Shown: positions 1-10,880, counted from the first letter of the stretch. The stretch: 64,000 nt of DNA from Treponemataceae bacterium (GCA_963602825.1 CAVCKO010000013.1:64-64063); one strand, 5' to 3'. The notes: generated from the letters alone by a model not told the origin. Program-made: numbers and translations.

Positions 1-58
1 TGGGAGGCCAGGGCGCCGCTGACCGGTGGACGGCACCGAGCCGTGCGCTTGAACTGAG

Positions 59-90
59 AAAGGGGAGGCCTCGCGGCCTCCCCCTTTTTT
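59..90 (+). terminator. Rho-independent terminator of a gene upstream of the window (may also serve the convergent ORF)
   Basis: GGGGAGGCC-tcgc-GGCCTCCCC stem followed by a T run and preceded by an A run. Confidence 0.8.
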
Positions 91-157
91 GCGTTAACAC
101 ATCACAATGTCGTTGCAGTTCACCTGTAACCCGGTTGGGCTTATGGGTAATGAGCTT

Positions 158-625
158 TTATTTAAAGACAATAAATCGAATCACAAGTGCAACTGCTATG
201 ACCACAATGATCAAAAGCAGGATTGTCAGTCGATGCTGCTTGCGTCGTTTATTTGACGAAACGAAGATTGATTTTCCCTGTTTTGGCGTTTCGAGATAAC
301 GAGCCGAATGCGTTAAGGTTTGCTTAGGTCGGGGACCTCTTTGCTGCCAAGTTATGGGCGTTTTCGTCGGGTCGTCATTGATTGCGCTGTTTTTTGATAA
401 CGGTGCATCTTTTAGATATACGGGATCGCCCGATGCGACGCCCATATGCTTACGTCCCGTTTGGGCATCCTCGAGCGTTTGATATCGATTTCTCGTCACA
501 TATTCGGGCTCTGCATCATTAATGGGCTCTTGCGAGATGTGGGGGCGATGGAACCGTGGCGGCTGCGTGGAAATATCTTCCCCCTGCGTCGGCATAAACA
601 TATTGTTCTGGTTTTGGTCGTCCAT
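158..625 (-). CDS. Hypothetical protein, disordered N-region with a C-terminal transmembrane anchor
   Basis: 155-aa ORF ending KRRKQHR-LTILLLIIVVIAVALVI; AAAGGG RBS-like sequence upstream. Confidence 0.7.
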   Translation of the reverse strand: MDDQNQNNMFMPTQGEDISTQPPRFHRPHISQEPINDAEPEYVTRNRYQTLEDAQTGRKHMGVASGDPVYLKDAPLSKNSAINDDPTKTPITWQQRGPRPKQTLTHSARYLETPKQGKSIFVSSNKRRKQHRLTILLLIIVVIAVALVIRFIVFK

Positions 626-902
626 GATGCCCTTTAGCTCGTTACCAACAACGTGTACGCGCTCATTGTAAGCCCCTTGTTATTTGTAGCTGTGGACATA
701 CTCGTTATTTAAGCTCTGGTTCAAAGAACCTTAACCTTCCTAAAACCTTAGTGCTACACACTTAGATATGCTTATAGTACTGGACTCAAAAAACTTTATA
801 GTCGATGTATATATGAGCATCGGGTGGGCATATATAAGAGCGTCAAAAGAAGTCCCAGTCACCTGGAAGATGACTCGGCAGTCCTATAAAGGAGTGGTAA
901 AC

Positions 903-1334
903 ATGGCAAGCATGGTTCCTTATCGTTCGGTTTTTGGCGTTCGTCCCTCTGCAAGCTCGCTGTTCGATCTGTTTGATGATATGAGTGACCTAGCGAACGG
1001 CTCGATTGCCTCTAAGGCGTTCCCCGTTGACGTTGAGGATAAGGGCGATGGCTATGAGGTTAAGGCTTATCTTACCGGCGTCGCCAAGGACGATATCGAT
1101 GTCGAGCTTAACGAGGGCCGTCTCTCCATTAGCGTGAATGTCGAGGAAGACGAGGAGAACGAGGGCAAGAACTTCCTGCAGAAGGAGTTCAGCTCGTACA
1201 GCGCGACGCGTGGTGTGTATCTCAAGGATGCTTCGAGCGAGGGTCTCTCGGCTAAGTACGCCGACGGCATCCTTACCGTTACGGTTCCCAAGATCGTCGA
1301 GAAGAAGAACGTTACGAAGATCTCCATCGACTAA
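903..1334 (+). CDS. Hsp20/alpha-crystallin small heat-shock protein
   Basis: FPVDVED...GVAKDDIDVEL...AKYADGILTVTVPK; start moved to ATG 903 after the GGAG RBS. Confidence 0.93.
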   Translation: MASMVPYRSVFGVRPSASSLFDLFDDMSDLANGSIASKAFPVDVEDKGDGYEVKAYLTGVAKDDIDVELNEGRLSISVNVEEDEENEGKNFLQKEFSSYSATRGVYLKDASSEGLSAKYADGILTVTVPKIVEKKNVTKISID

Positions 1335-1366
1335 CTTCGTTGGTGTTCTGCGCTATTAAAAGATAA

Positions 1367-1402
1367 CAAAAGGGGCTGGGAAGCGATTCCCGGCCCCTTT
1401 TG
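1367..1402. terminator. Bidirectional terminator between hsp20 and the MBL hydrolase
   Basis: AAAAGGGGCTGGGAA-gcga-TTCCCGGCCCCTTTT. Confidence 0.85.
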
Positions 1403-1416
1403 CTGTCTAGGACAGT

Positions 1417-2226
1417 CTATTGAATGGTTGCTGGCCGATTCTGGCTTGCGGGGCGTATCGAGAGATTTCGCGATCCTTGGAGAAGGGTGGCGGAGCTGCC
1501 GACCTCGTCATCCAGGGTTGCGGCTAGAGTTTTGGCATAGCTTTTGACGGTAAGGCTTGGACGATTATTGTCTTGGCTGATATGCATGGCGATGAGCTGT
1601 TCGGTGCGATCGGTAACAAGTTCGCGCGCGGCTTCGGCGGCCTGGTTGTTGGAGAGGTGCCCCTTTGTGGACAGGATGCGCTCCTGAAGAAAGCGGGGGT
1701 ACGCTCCTTCGCGCAGCATAGCTACATCGTGGTTGCTTTCGAGCGCGAGAACTCGACAGTCTTTGAGGATGCCTATGGCCTTGCTCGATAACTCTCCGGT
1801 GTCGGTGGCAAAGCCGATGGAATCATCGAGAGCATTAAATCGATAGCCGACAGGATTGATGACATCGTGCGATGTTGAGTAGGTTTGCACGTGGATGCCG
1901 GCAATGGGGAGCGTGTCGCCGGGGTCAAATTCCTCTACGGGCAGGCGCGCGAGGTTTTCTTTGCATGAAAGGGTGTCCCTGCTGGCAAAGAGGGGACCAT
2001 GCCAGTGCTTGCACCATACATCGAGCCCCTTGATATGGTCACCATGCTCATGGGTGATTACAAGAGCGGCGACGTCGTCTGCCGAGAGGCCAAGCTCCGC
2101 CATGCGTTTAAGTGTCTCGCGGCGGGACAGGCCGTTGTCGATCATGATGAGCCCCTGAGGCCCCTCGACGAGTGCGCAGTTGCCTTTTGAGCCGCTGCCG
2201 AGGATATGAAGGTGCAGGCGAGACAT
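1417..2226 (-). CDS. MBL-fold metallo-hydrolase, YycJ/WalJ-like
   Basis: LGSGSKGN, THEHGDH, SHD, TDTG, LESNHD, GHLSN and HIS motifs; start at MSRLHL. Confidence 0.9.
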   Translation of the reverse strand: MSRLHLHILGSGSKGNCALVEGPQGLIMIDNGLSRRETLKRMAELGLSADDVAALVITHEHGDHIKGLDVWCKHWHGPLFASRDTLSCKENLARLPVEEFDPGDTLPIAGIHVQTYSTSHDVINPVGYRFNALDDSIGFATDTGELSSKAIGILKDCRVLALESNHDVAMLREGAYPRFLQERILSTKGHLSNNQAAEAARELVTDRTEQLIAMHISQDNNRPSLTVKSYAKTLAATLDDEVGSSATLLQGSRNLSIRPASQNRPATIQ

Positions 2227-2274
2227 AAGATTCCAAAGGATACAATGGGTGCGGACGAATAGAGGAGGAAGCGA

Positions 2275-3816
2275 ATGCCAACGGTATCTCAGCACTATGG
2301 ACATCATGCCGCGCCGAGGACGGATAAGAGCGCCCTGGCAACGCGGCAGGCCGCTGCCCCCGTAGTGCTCATGGTATCAGGCGGTGCGGACTCGACGGCG
2401 CTGCTCCTTATGGCTTGCACATCAAAGCTGGATATCCAGGACGGGCGCGGCGTCGCTCCCATTGCGCGCGAGCGATTGCACGTGCTGCATGTAAACCATC
2501 ATCTGCGCGGGGAGGCATCCGATGGCGACGAGGCCTTTGTACGTGACCTGTGCGCGCAATACGGCTTGCCGCTGTGTGTTGAGCATGCCTATTTTGATGA
2601 CGAATCGGGCAATATCGAGGCTGCGGCTCGCGAGGTGCGCTATGCCGCGGCACGGAGATATGTTCGCGAACTTTGTGCCGAATCGGGCGCACCGCGGACG
2701 GCGGCTCGTATCTGTACCGCGCATACTTCGTCGGACCGCGCGGAAACATTTTTGATGAATGCCATTAAAGGGTCGGGTCCCGCGGGTTTATCGAGCATTC
2801 CGCGCCGTCGGAACATTGTGGTTCGCCCCTTGCTCGACCTCACGCACGATGAGCTCGTGAGCTATCTGCAGGTGCACGGTCAGCCATGGCGGGAAGATGA
2901 AAGCAACGAGGACGTGTCGTACTTGCGTAACTACGTGCGCCATCGAGTGATGCCGGTGGTGGCGCAGCGCAACGCGAGCGTCTGTAAGACGATTGGCGCC
3001 GCTTGCGAAATTCTGGGCGACGAAGACGCCTTTCTTTCCCAGCTTTCGGCACAGGCGTTTCGAAGCTGTCTGCGCAAGGAAGCGGCGGGCGCACTGGTGC
3101 TCGATGCGCGCCGTCTTGCCGCCGCTGAGGTTGTGATTGCACGGCGTATCGTGCGGTTGGCGATAAAGCGCATCGATCCCGACGCGCGACCGGAGATGCG
3201 GCACGTGGAGCGCGTGCTCGCCTGCGTCGCTGCGGGCTCGGGCTCGGTAACGCTTCCTGCGGGAATTGATGCCCGTGTGGAGTTTGGCATGCTGGCGTTC
3301 AAGGCCCCGGCGGCGCGCGAGGGCTTAGTGGCCGACTGGATCTCCGTTCCCGGTCGTCTGCCGCTGGGGGCGGGGCGTATGCTGACAGCAGAGCCGATGG
3401 CTGTGGAGCCGGGGCGCGATATCGTGCACCGTGCCCGCGAGCTTGCTGCTGCCGGAGAGGTTGCGGCCTTGGTGGATGCGGCGGCCCTGGGGTTTGCCGA
3501 CCGCGATAGCGAGCGGATGTTAGCCGGCTCGCGCGGGGAGATTCCCACCGAGGCACGATCGGCGCGCCTGTGGGTGGATAGCCCTGTGCCGGGAGACGTG
3601 ATGTGCCCGTTGGGGATGAACGGCCGAAGCAAGAAAGTGTCAGACCTGTTGAACGAGGCGCGCATTCCTGTTTCAGACCGCTCTGGCGTACCCGTGGTAA
3701 GAACGGCTCCGGGAGGTGCCGTAGTATGGGTCGCGGGCGTTCGCGCGGACGAGCGTTTTAAATGCACGGCCGCAACGCGCGTGGCATATCTGCTTCGTGT
3801 GGTCGATGCGGAATAG
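2275..3816 (+). CDS. tilS: tRNA(Ile)-lysidine synthetase
   Basis: SGGADS PP-loop, HVNHHLR, AREVRY, AHTSSD-AET, RPLL, RNYVRH; conserved tilS-hpt-ftsH order. Confidence 0.95.
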   Translation: MPTVSQHYGHHAAPRTDKSALATRQAAAPVVLMVSGGADSTALLLMACTSKLDIQDGRGVAPIARERLHVLHVNHHLRGEASDGDEAFVRDLCAQYGLPLCVEHAYFDDESGNIEAAAREVRYAAARRYVRELCAESGAPRTAARICTAHTSSDRAETFLMNAIKGSGPAGLSSIPRRRNIVVRPLLDLTHDELVSYLQVHGQPWREDESNEDVSYLRNYVRHRVMPVVAQRNASVCKTIGAACEILGDEDAFLSQLSAQAFRSCLRKEAAGALVLDARRLAAAEVVIARRIVRLAIKRIDPDARPEMRHVERVLACVAAGSGSVTLPAGIDARVEFGMLAFKAPAAREGLVADWISVPGRLPLGAGRMLTAEPMAVEPGRDIVHRARELAAAGEVAALVDAAALGFADRDSERMLAGSRGEIPTEARSARLWVDSPVPGDVMCPLGMNGRSKKVSDLLNEARIPVSDRSGVPVVRTAPGGAVVWVAGVRADERFKCTAATRVAYLLRVVDAE

Positions 3817-3963
3817 CGCTTCGCGCCAGCTATTCTGTGCGACGTTGACGGTATTCCCGCGCTGATGGCGCACGTGCTGGTAAATATACCCCGTGCGCTG
3901 CTAGAATGTGTAGTTCGCGTCCATGCGGCGGTGCGTGGGCGATAAGCACAAGAAAGGGTTGTC

Positions 3964-4512
3964 ATGGCTTCTCAACATCCGGATATCGAGAAGGTTCTGT
4001 TTACGCAGGAGGATATCGACGGTATCGTCTCTCGCCTAGGCGAGCAGATTACTCGCGACTACGCGGGTAAGGATCTGGTGCTGATTGCGGTCCTGCGCGG
4101 CGCCGTGGTCTTTATGGGCGACCTGATGCGCAAGATCGAGCTGCCGACCAACATCGATTTCATGGCTGTTTCGAGCTATGGCGACGGTGTGAAGTCCTCG
4201 GGCATCGTGCGTATCATTAAGGACCTGGATATCGACATCCGCGGTCGCGACGTGCTGATCGTCGAGGACATTCTGGACTCGGGCCTGACGCTCAAGTATC
4301 TGATGAAGAACCTCGAGAGCCGCAAGCCCGCCTCGCTGGAGGTTGCCGCCTTCCTGTGGAAGGACGTTGAGGACCGTACCTCGGCCATCACGCCCAAGTA
4401 TGTTGGAACCCATTGCCCCGATGCCTTTGTGGTGGGCTACGGCCTCGACTATGCCGAGCGCTATCGTAACCTTCCGTATCTGGGCATTTTGAAACCGGAG
4501 GTTTATTCGTAA
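3964..4512 (+). CDS. hpt: Hypoxanthine phosphoribosyltransferase
   Basis: VLIVEDILDSGLTL PRPP motif; FVVGYGLDYAERYRNLP. Confidence 0.97.
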   Translation: MASQHPDIEKVLFTQEDIDGIVSRLGEQITRDYAGKDLVLIAVLRGAVVFMGDLMRKIELPTNIDFMAVSSYGDGVKSSGIVRIIKDLDIDIRGRDVLIVEDILDSGLTLKYLMKNLESRKPASLEVAAFLWKDVEDRTSAITPKYVGTHCPDAFVVGYGLDYAERYRNLPYLGILKPEVYS

Positions 4513-4513
4513 G

Positions 4514-6652
4514 ATGCCCGACGACCGTAACGATAACAATTCCCAGACTCCCCGGGAGCCTAAGATCCCGGGGGTGCCCGGAGGCAAGAAGCCCACGCGT
4601 ACGGGCTGGCTGTATTTTATTTTGGCTTGCGCGCTCCTGGGCTACGCCTTCTTTAACATGGGCTCCGGCTTTGCCAATTCCAGCAATACCGTTAAGCTCG
4701 CGACGAGCGAGATGGTGAGTGCCATCAAGCAGGATCGCGTCGAAGATCTGACCTATACGGTTCAAGACGGAAGCGTGACGGGTCATTACTGGAAGACGAA
4801 GAAGGACAAGGGCGATGCGAGCGAGCTCAAGAGCTTCTCCTCGACCTATGTCGGCTCCGATTCGCTTGCCGAGCTTATGGCGGAGCACCCCGATACCAAG
4901 TACATCGTCAACACCAACGATCCCGATTTTTGGGGCGACCTGGCGATGAGCGTGCTTCCGACAATCGCCCTGATCGCTATCATGTTCTACTTTATGCGCC
5001 AGATGATGGGCGCCAACAACAGGAACATGCAGTTTGGCAAGACCAACGCCAAGACCAACGAGGCCACGCGCCCCAAGGTCAAGTTTGAAGACGTTGCCGG
5101 CGTGGACGAGGCAGCCGAGGAGCTCGAGGAGATCCGTGACTTTTTGAGCGATCCGGATCGCTATCGCAAACTGGGCGCCAAGATCCCGCGTGGCGTGTTG
5201 CTGGTGGGCCCTCCGGGCACCGGTAAAACGCTGCTGGCCAAGGCCGTTGCCGGCGAGGCGGGCGTTCCGTTCTTTAGCATCTCTGGTTCCGACTTTGTCG
5301 AGATGTTCGTGGGTGTCGGCGCCAGCCGTGTACGTGACCTCTTTAAGGAGGCCAAGTCCCAGGCTCCGTCGATCATCTTCATCGATGAGATCGATGCCGT
5401 GGGACGTCAGCGCGGAGCTGGTTTGGGCGGCGGTCACGACGAGCGCGAGCAGACGCTCAACCAGCTGCTGGTCGAGATGGACGGTTTTGAGGAGAGCGAG
5501 TCGGTCATCCTGATCGCTGCGACCAACCGCCCTGACATCCTGGATCCGGCATTGCTGCGTCCCGGTCGTTTTGACCGTCAGGTTACGGTCGACCGTCCGG
5601 ATGTGAAGGGCCGCGAGCAGATCTTGCGCGTGCATGCCGAGAACAAGCCGATGGACGAGGACGTGAAGTTTGAGAAGCTCGCCCAGATGACCGTTGGCTT
5701 TACCGGCGCCGATCTGGCAAACCTGCTCAACGAGTCTGCGCTGCTGGCTGCCCGCCGCCATCGTTCCGTGATCTCGATGGACGAGGTCGAGGAATCGATG
5801 GAGCGCGTGATTGCCGGACCGCAACGCAAGGGTCGTGTGATGACCGAAGCCGAGCGCACCACGATTGCCTACCACGAGAGCGGCCATGCCCTGGTGGGTC
5901 ACATCTTGGAGCACTCCGATCCGGTTCATAAGATTTCGATCGTCAGCCGCGGCCAGGCTCTGGGCTACACACTGCAGCTTCCGCAGGAGGATCACTTCCT
6001 CAAGACCAAGAACGAGATGCTCGACGAGCTCGCCGTGTTCTTGGGCGGTCGCGTTGCCGAGGAACTCATGTGCGACGACATCACGTCGGGCGCGAGCAAC
6101 GACCTGGAGCGTGCGACCAAGATGGCGCGCGAGATGGTCACGCGCCTGGGCATGAGCGAGGAACTTGGAACGCAGGTGTTTGGTGAGGCACAGCATCAGG
6201 TATTCCTGGGCCGCGATTACGCCGATCACCAGGATTACTCCGAGGAGACGGCGCGCCGCATCGATATCGAGGTTCAGCGCATCATGCGCGAGGCCCATCG
6301 TCGTGCGGTCGAGATTTTGGATGCCCGTCGCGACCAGCTCGATTTGATGGCCAAGGTACTGCTTGAGCGCGAGACCGTCGAAGACGACGCCGTGAACGCC
6401 CTGCTCGACAACGAGTGGGACGCCTACCTTGAGCGCGAGGGCGATATCCTGGCGGCCAAGGAGGAGCGCAATGCCAAGGCGGCCGGTATGCCGACCAAGA
6501 AGCGCGCGCCTCGTATGAGCGAGGAGGAGCTGGCGGCTGATGCCGCAGCCTTTGCGCAGGCGGCCATGCAGGAGGATGCCGAAGCCGCATCCGATGATGC
6601 CGGCGATGAGTGTGCCGCCAATGCCGGTGCCGACACCGACGCCGACAAATAG
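4514..6652 (+). CDS. ftsH: ATP-dependent zinc metalloprotease FtsH
   Basis: Two TM segments, [38 protein letters not shown] zinc motif. Confidence 0.98.
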   Translation: MPDDRNDNNSQTPREPKIPGVPGGKKPTRTGWLYFILACALLGYAFFNMGSGFANSSNTVKLATSEMVSAIKQDRVEDLTYTVQDGSVTGHYWKTKKDKGDASELKSFSSTYVGSDSLAELMAEHPDTKYIVNTNDPDFWGDLAMSVLPTIALIAIMFYFMRQMMGANNRNMQFGKTNAKTNEATRPKVKFEDVAGVDEAAEELEEIRDFLSDPDRYRKLGAKIPRGVLLVGPPGTGKTLLAKAVAGEAGVPFFSISGSDFVEMFVGVGASRVRDLFKEAKSQAPSIIFIDEIDAVGRQRGAGLGGGHDEREQTLNQLLVEMDGFEESESVILIAATNRPDILDPALLRPGRFDRQVTVDRPDVKGREQILRVHAENKPMDEDVKFEKLAQMTVGFTGADLANLLNESALLAARRHRSVISMDEVEESMERVIAGPQRKGRVMTEAERTTIAYHESGHALVGHILEHSDPVHKISIVSRGQALGYTLQLPQEDHFLKTKNEMLDELAVFLGGRVAEELMCDDITSGASNDLERATKMAREMVTRLGMSEELGTQVFGEAQHQVFLGRDYADHQDYSEETARRIDIEVQRIMREAHRRAVEILDARRDQLDLMAKVLLERETVEDDAVNALLDNEWDAYLEREGDILAAKEERNAKAAGMPTKKRAPRMSEEELAADAAAFAQAAMQEDAEAASDDAGDECAANAGADTDADK

Positions 6653-6665
6653 TCTTTGTGGTGAA

Positions 6666-6702
6666 AGCCTCCGCGGGGAAACCTGCGGAGGCTATTTCTT
6701 TT
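6666..6702 (+). terminator. ftsH terminator
   Basis: AGCCTCCGC...GCGGAGGCT plus T-rich tail. Confidence 0.8.
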
Positions 6703-6720
6703 GAGCGATATGGGGCCATC

Positions 6721-6782
6721 TGTTGATTGGGGACAGACTTAAATGAGCGTTTTCACGCATTTAAGTCTGTCCCCAATTAACA
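6721..6782. repeat. REP-like palindrome with GGGGACAG/CTGTCCCC core
   Basis: 25-bp arms at 6721-6745 and 6758-6782 with one mismatch. Confidence 0.75.
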
Positions 6783-6841
6783 TTGCTGCGGCGCTTTGCC
6801 CGACTAAAGCGTACAATACCGCCTATGCGAAAGGGGAACAG

Positions 6842-8032
6842 ATGATTAACGAAACCATGTATGCTCGCGGTGCGGAAAGCTCCATCATCCGCGAGATCTT
6901 TAGCTATGGCCTTGAGCGCAAGGCGCAGATTGGTGCGGAAAACGTATTCGATTTCTCGCTGGGCAACCCGAGCGTTCCGGCGCCCGCTGCCGTTGCGGAG
7001 TCCATTAAGAAGGCCTTGGAGCTGCCGAGTGACCAGCTGCACGCTTATACGCCTGCTCCGGGCCTGCCGCAGTGCCGTACCGCCGTGGCTGAGTCGCTCA
7101 ACCGCCGCTTTGGTACGAGCTATGAGGGCAAGGATGTCTTTATGACCGTGGGCGCGGCGGCTTCGCTCACCTGCACGCTCAATGCCGTTACGAACCCGGG
7201 TGACGAGGTCATTGTTATCGCCCCGTACTTTCCGGAGTATCGCGTGTGGATCGAGAAGGCCGGCTGTACGTGTGTCGAGGTGCTCGCCGATGAAGATACG
7301 TTCCAGCTGAGCGTGGATAACGTGCTCAAGGCGATTACCGATAAGACGGCTGCCGTCATTATCGACTCACCCAACAACCCGACCGGCGCCGTGTATACGT
7401 GCGATACCCTGACGCGACTGGCCAGTGTTTTACGCGAGGTCAACGCCAAGCGCGATCCCGAGAACCCGATCATGCTTATCTCGGATGAGCCGTATCGCGA
7501 GATTGTCTATGGCGCCGAGGTGCCTTGGGTGCCTTCGATCTACGAGCATACTATCGTGTGCTATTCGTATTCCAAGTCGCTGTCGCTGCCGGGCGAGCGC
7601 GTGGGGTGGATCCTGGTTCCCAATACGAACCCTCAGGCAGCTCGTCTAATGCCCGCCGTTGCCGGTGCCGCCCGTACGCTGGGCTTCGTGTGCGCGCCGG
7701 CGCTCTTCCAGCGCGTAATTATCGACTGCATCGATGAGCCGAGTGACGTTGAGGCCTATGCACGCAACCGCACCGCGCTTACCGATGCACTAGCGGAGTA
7801 CGGCTACACCTATGTTGAGCCGGATGGTGCATTCTACCTGTGGGTGAAGGCGCTGGAGCCCGATGCGAACGCTTTCTGCGAGCGCGCGAAGAAGTATGAG
7901 CTGCTCGCGGTGCCCTCGGACAGTTTTGGCATGCCGGGCTGGTTCCGCTTGGGCTACTGTGTGAGCTACGAGACTATCGTTAACTCACTGCCCGCCTGGA
8001 AGCAGCTGGCCGACGAGTATCGTCAAAAGTAA
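6842..8032 (+). CDS. PLP-dependent class I/II aminotransferase (aspartate aminotransferase-like)
   Basis: SPNNPTG, SDEPY, SYSKSLSLPGERVG; AAGGGG RBS before ATG 6842. Confidence 0.92.
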   Translation: MINETMYARGAESSIIREIFSYGLERKAQIGAENVFDFSLGNPSVPAPAAVAESIKKALELPSDQLHAYTPAPGLPQCRTAVAESLNRRFGTSYEGKDVFMTVGAAASLTCTLNAVTNPGDEVIVIAPYFPEYRVWIEKAGCTCVEVLADEDTFQLSVDNVLKAITDKTAAVIIDSPNNPTGAVYTCDTLTRLASVLREVNAKRDPENPIMLISDEPYREIVYGAEVPWVPSIYEHTIVCYSYSKSLSLPGERVGWILVPNTNPQAARLMPAVAGAARTLGFVCAPALFQRVIIDCIDEPSDVEAYARNRTALTDALAEYGYTYVEPDGAFYLWVKALEPDANAFCERAKKYELLAVPSDSFGMPGWFRLGYCVSYETIVNSLPAWKQLADEYRQK

Positions 8033-8191
8033 AGCGCTCTGCTTACAATGTTTTACGTGAAACGGGGTTTGGTTTTAAGTCAGACCCCGTTGTCATGGAC
8101 GTTGTGTCGTTGGGATGGAGCGGTTTTACGACCATCGAATGCTATGCGTACAATGAATATACGCGACGGCCATACTGGACAAGGAGACCTG

Positions 8192-9013
8192 ATGCCCTAC
8201 CTTCTTTCTTGTGATATTCATACTCATACGTTGTTCTCCGCGCATGCGTACTCAACCATTGAGGAGAATGTGTACTGGGCGGCGGAACGTGGCCTGCAGG
8301 TGCTCGGATCTGCCGACCATCTGAGCTCGATGGTTACGGCTTGCCCCAACGACCTGCGCAGTTTCCAGTTCTTTATTAACCAGGATATCTGGCCGCGCAT
8401 TTGGAGCGGCGTGCTGGTGCTTCGCGGCGCCGAGGCCGATATCGTTTCGCTGGACGGAAGCTTGTTTGGCGAGGACATTCCCGTGTCGCTCGATATTGCC
8501 GGCGATTCGTACAGTCACCAGCATTCGCTGTTCGATTTGGTGACGCGTAATTTGGATTATTTGGTGGCAAGCGTGCATAATCCGCAGTTTGCCGAAGGCG
8601 CGACGCTCGCCCAAACGACCCAGATGTATATCAATGCCCTGGAGCATCCCAAGGTGTTCATGCTTGGGCATACGGGTCGTTCGGGCGTGCCGTTCGATAT
8701 CGATGAGGTGCTACTGGCGGCCAAGGCCAAGCACAAGATTATCGAGATTAACAACCATAGTCTTGAGCATGGTGCCGACACTGAGCATTGGGCCGTATGC
8801 CGCAAGATTGCCGAGCGCTGCGCCGAGCTGGGCGTGGGTATTGGTGTGTCGACCGATGCCCACATTGGTATGGCCATTGGCAAGCTCGAGCACGCCCGCA
8901 AGTTGCTCGACGAGATTCACTTCCCGCTGGACCTGATCGTGACGCGCGACCGCGAGACGCTGCTGCGCGAGATGGCGGCAGCCGGCGTATGCGACCTGCG
9001 CAAGGGGATGTAA
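8192..9013 (+). CDS. PHP-domain phosphatase (YcdX-like)
   Basis: DIHTHT-SAHAYST, ADH, GAEAD, ASVH, LGH, EINN, STDAH; AAGGAG RBS. Confidence 0.88.
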   Translation: MPYLLSCDIHTHTLFSAHAYSTIEENVYWAAERGLQVLGSADHLSSMVTACPNDLRSFQFFINQDIWPRIWSGVLVLRGAEADIVSLDGSLFGEDIPVSLDIAGDSYSHQHSLFDLVTRNLDYLVASVHNPQFAEGATLAQTTQMYINALEHPKVFMLGHTGRSGVPFDIDEVLLAAKAKHKIIEINNHSLEHGADTEHWAVCRKIAERCAELGVGIGVSTDAHIGMAIGKLEHARKLLDEIHFPLDLIVTRDRETLLREMAAAGVCDLRKGM

Positions 9014-9032
9014 CGAGACTCATATGTCCAAC

Positions 9033-9066
9033 GAAAGGGGGCGGTCCAGACGGGCCGCCCCCTTTC
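9033..9066. terminator. Bidirectional terminator between convergent genes
   Basis: GAAAGGGGGCGGTCC-agac-GGGCCGCCCCCTTTC. Confidence 0.8.
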
Positions 9067-9092
9067 CTGTCCCAAAAATCTACCGGGGTGGA

Positions 9093-10541
9093 TTAGCGGC
9101 GCTCGAGGACCGCGACGGTCTCGGTGTGGTCGGTATGAGGGAACATGTCGACCGGCGTGATCTTGAGCAGGCGATAGCCACCGTCGAGGAGCTGGTGCAG
9201 GTCGCGCTCTTGGGTGGCGGGATTGCAGCTGATATAGGTGATGTGGCGCGGCTTAAGTGCGCAGGCGGCCTCAAGAAACTCGGGCGTTGAGCCGGCGCGC
9301 GGCGGGTCGATGGAGAGGACGTCGACGCGCTCGTTGTTATCGGCGGCATCTAGGATGTAGTCGGTGGCATCGTCGGCCATAAACCAAGCGCTGCGGGTGA
9401 GGCCGTTGAGCTCGGCATTGCGACGTGCGTCGGCAATGCCCGCCGGGTTGCGCTCCACGCCGAGCAGCATAATGCCGACACCTCTGTCCTGGGCATCCTT
9501 CGCGGCGCACAGACCGATGGTGCCGCTGCCGCAGTAAGCGTCCATAAGAATGTCACCCTGCTGCAGGTCCATGCCGTCAATCGCGAGCTGATAGAGTAGC
9601 TCGGTCTGCTGCGGATTGGTCTGATAGAACGCGGTAGGGGAGATATCGAATTCGCAACCGAGCAGCTGGTCGCGCATGCACTCGGCGCCATAGACGATAC
9701 GAGTCTCCTCACCCAAGATGGCGTTACCGGGACGGCCATTGATATTTTGGGCAACGGTGACGATATGCGGATCGAGCGCCGCGACGGCCTCAAAGAACTC
9801 CTGCGCATGCGGAAGATCGCGCTGTGCGGTCACAAGGGTAACCATGATCTGGTCGGTACGCCAGCCACAACGAACGACGGCATAGCGAAGCAGGCCTAGA
9901 TGTTTGTCCTCATTAAAGGCAGGAATGTGCAGGCGCTCTGCTTCGCGAGCGATGCCGTTGAGAATCTGACGAGTACCCGGCGCCTCGACGGGACACTCGG
10001 GCACAGCGACGATTCTATGCGTGCCTCGCTCAAAGAAACCGCAGCGAACGGCGCCTTCCTTGCCGGGAGCAAAAGGAGTGGCAGCCTTATGGCGGAAGGT
10101 ACGGGGGCTCGGATATTTGCCGGGGTCTCCCAAGGTAACGCCCATGCCGCGAATGGGATCAACGGCGATGCCTTCACGCTCGCAAAGCGAGGCAAAAAGC
10201 TCCTCCATAGCAGCCTGCTTAGCAGCGAGCTGCTTCTTATAAGGACGATTAAGCGCCGTGCACCCACCACAAGCCTTCATGATGGAACAAGGCGACTTGG
10301 AATCCACAGCCTTACGAGCAGGCTTGGCCGAGTCTTTATAAGAACGCTTAGAGCGAGCTTCGGAATCTTTGGTTCCAGCCTGACGAGCACCAGAACGCTT
10401 ACCCTTTGCCTTGCCCTTGTTAGACTTACCCTTCGCATCCTTAGACGACTTAGATTTCTTAGAAGACTTCGTCTCCTCCGACCCCTCAGCCGCCTGGATC
10501 AAAGCACGCCGAGCCTTACGCTCAGCACGAGATTCTGCCAT
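9093..10541 (-). CDS. rlmD: 23S rRNA (uracil-C5)-methyltransferase, RlmD/RumA family
   Basis: CxxxxxCGGC Fe-S motif, AFYQTN, DAYCGSG, DPPRAG, YISCNP, DMFPHTDHTE. Confidence 0.9.
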   Translation of the reverse strand: MAESRAERKARRALIQAAEGSEETKSSKKSKSSKDAKGKSNKGKAKGKRSGARQAGTKDSEARSKRSYKDSAKPARKAVDSKSPCSIMKACGGCTALNRPYKKQLAAKQAAMEELFASLCEREGIAVDPIRGMGVTLGDPGKYPSPRTFRHKAATPFAPGKEGAVRCGFFERGTHRIVAVPECPVEAPGTRQILNGIAREAERLHIPAFNEDKHLGLLRYAVVRCGWRTDQIMVTLVTAQRDLPHAQEFFEAVAALDPHIVTVAQNINGRPGNAILGEETRIVYGAECMRDQLLGCEFDISPTAFYQTNPQQTELLYQLAIDGMDLQQGDILMDAYCGSGTIGLCAAKDAQDRGVGIMLLGVERNPAGIADARRNAELNGLTRSAWFMADDATDYILDAADNNERVDVLSIDPPRAGSTPEFLEAACALKPRHITYISCNPATQERDLHQLLDGGYRLLKITPVDMFPHTDHTETVAVLERR

Positions 10542-10647
10542 GAATTAACCCCACTATTAAATAAAAGAAAAGTCCGAAGCAATTGTACCGTGCATTCAAC
10601 GTGCCCGTTTGGAGAGGAGGCTATTTAAGGCCCCGAGCACGTTGTCT

Positions 10648-10786
10648 CCCGGAATGCCGGCGGCCGTCACGGTATTTAATTTGTCGCGAGTTCCGCACGA
10701 ACAGGAGAGCACTTAATGTGCTCTCCGTCGTGAGCAGGACTGTAGAGCAGCAAATTAAATACCGTGACGGCCGCCGGCATTCCGGG
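10648..10786. repeat. Long intergenic inverted-repeat element (MITE/REP-like)
   Basis: Perfect 36-bp arms at 10648-10683 and 10751-10786; inner GGAGAGCAC-ttaat-GTGCTCTCC hairpin. Confidence 0.85.
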
Positions 10787-10880
10787 CGCGCCAACCTTGT
10801 GCTCCATCACGCTAAAGTGTATGATTCTGAACGTTACATGACTCACTTTACCTAACTAAAGTGCTATCAAGGGGGATACC

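Noticed and set aside
1..58. Possible ncRNA 3' end before the first terminator
   Set aside because: Too little sequence; no SRP, tmRNA, RNase P or 6S signature recognised; could be the end of a CDS.
770..816. HspR (HAIR) or CIRCE operator upstream of hsp20
   Set aside because: Only a half-site (ACTCAA) matches; spacing and the other arm do not fit.
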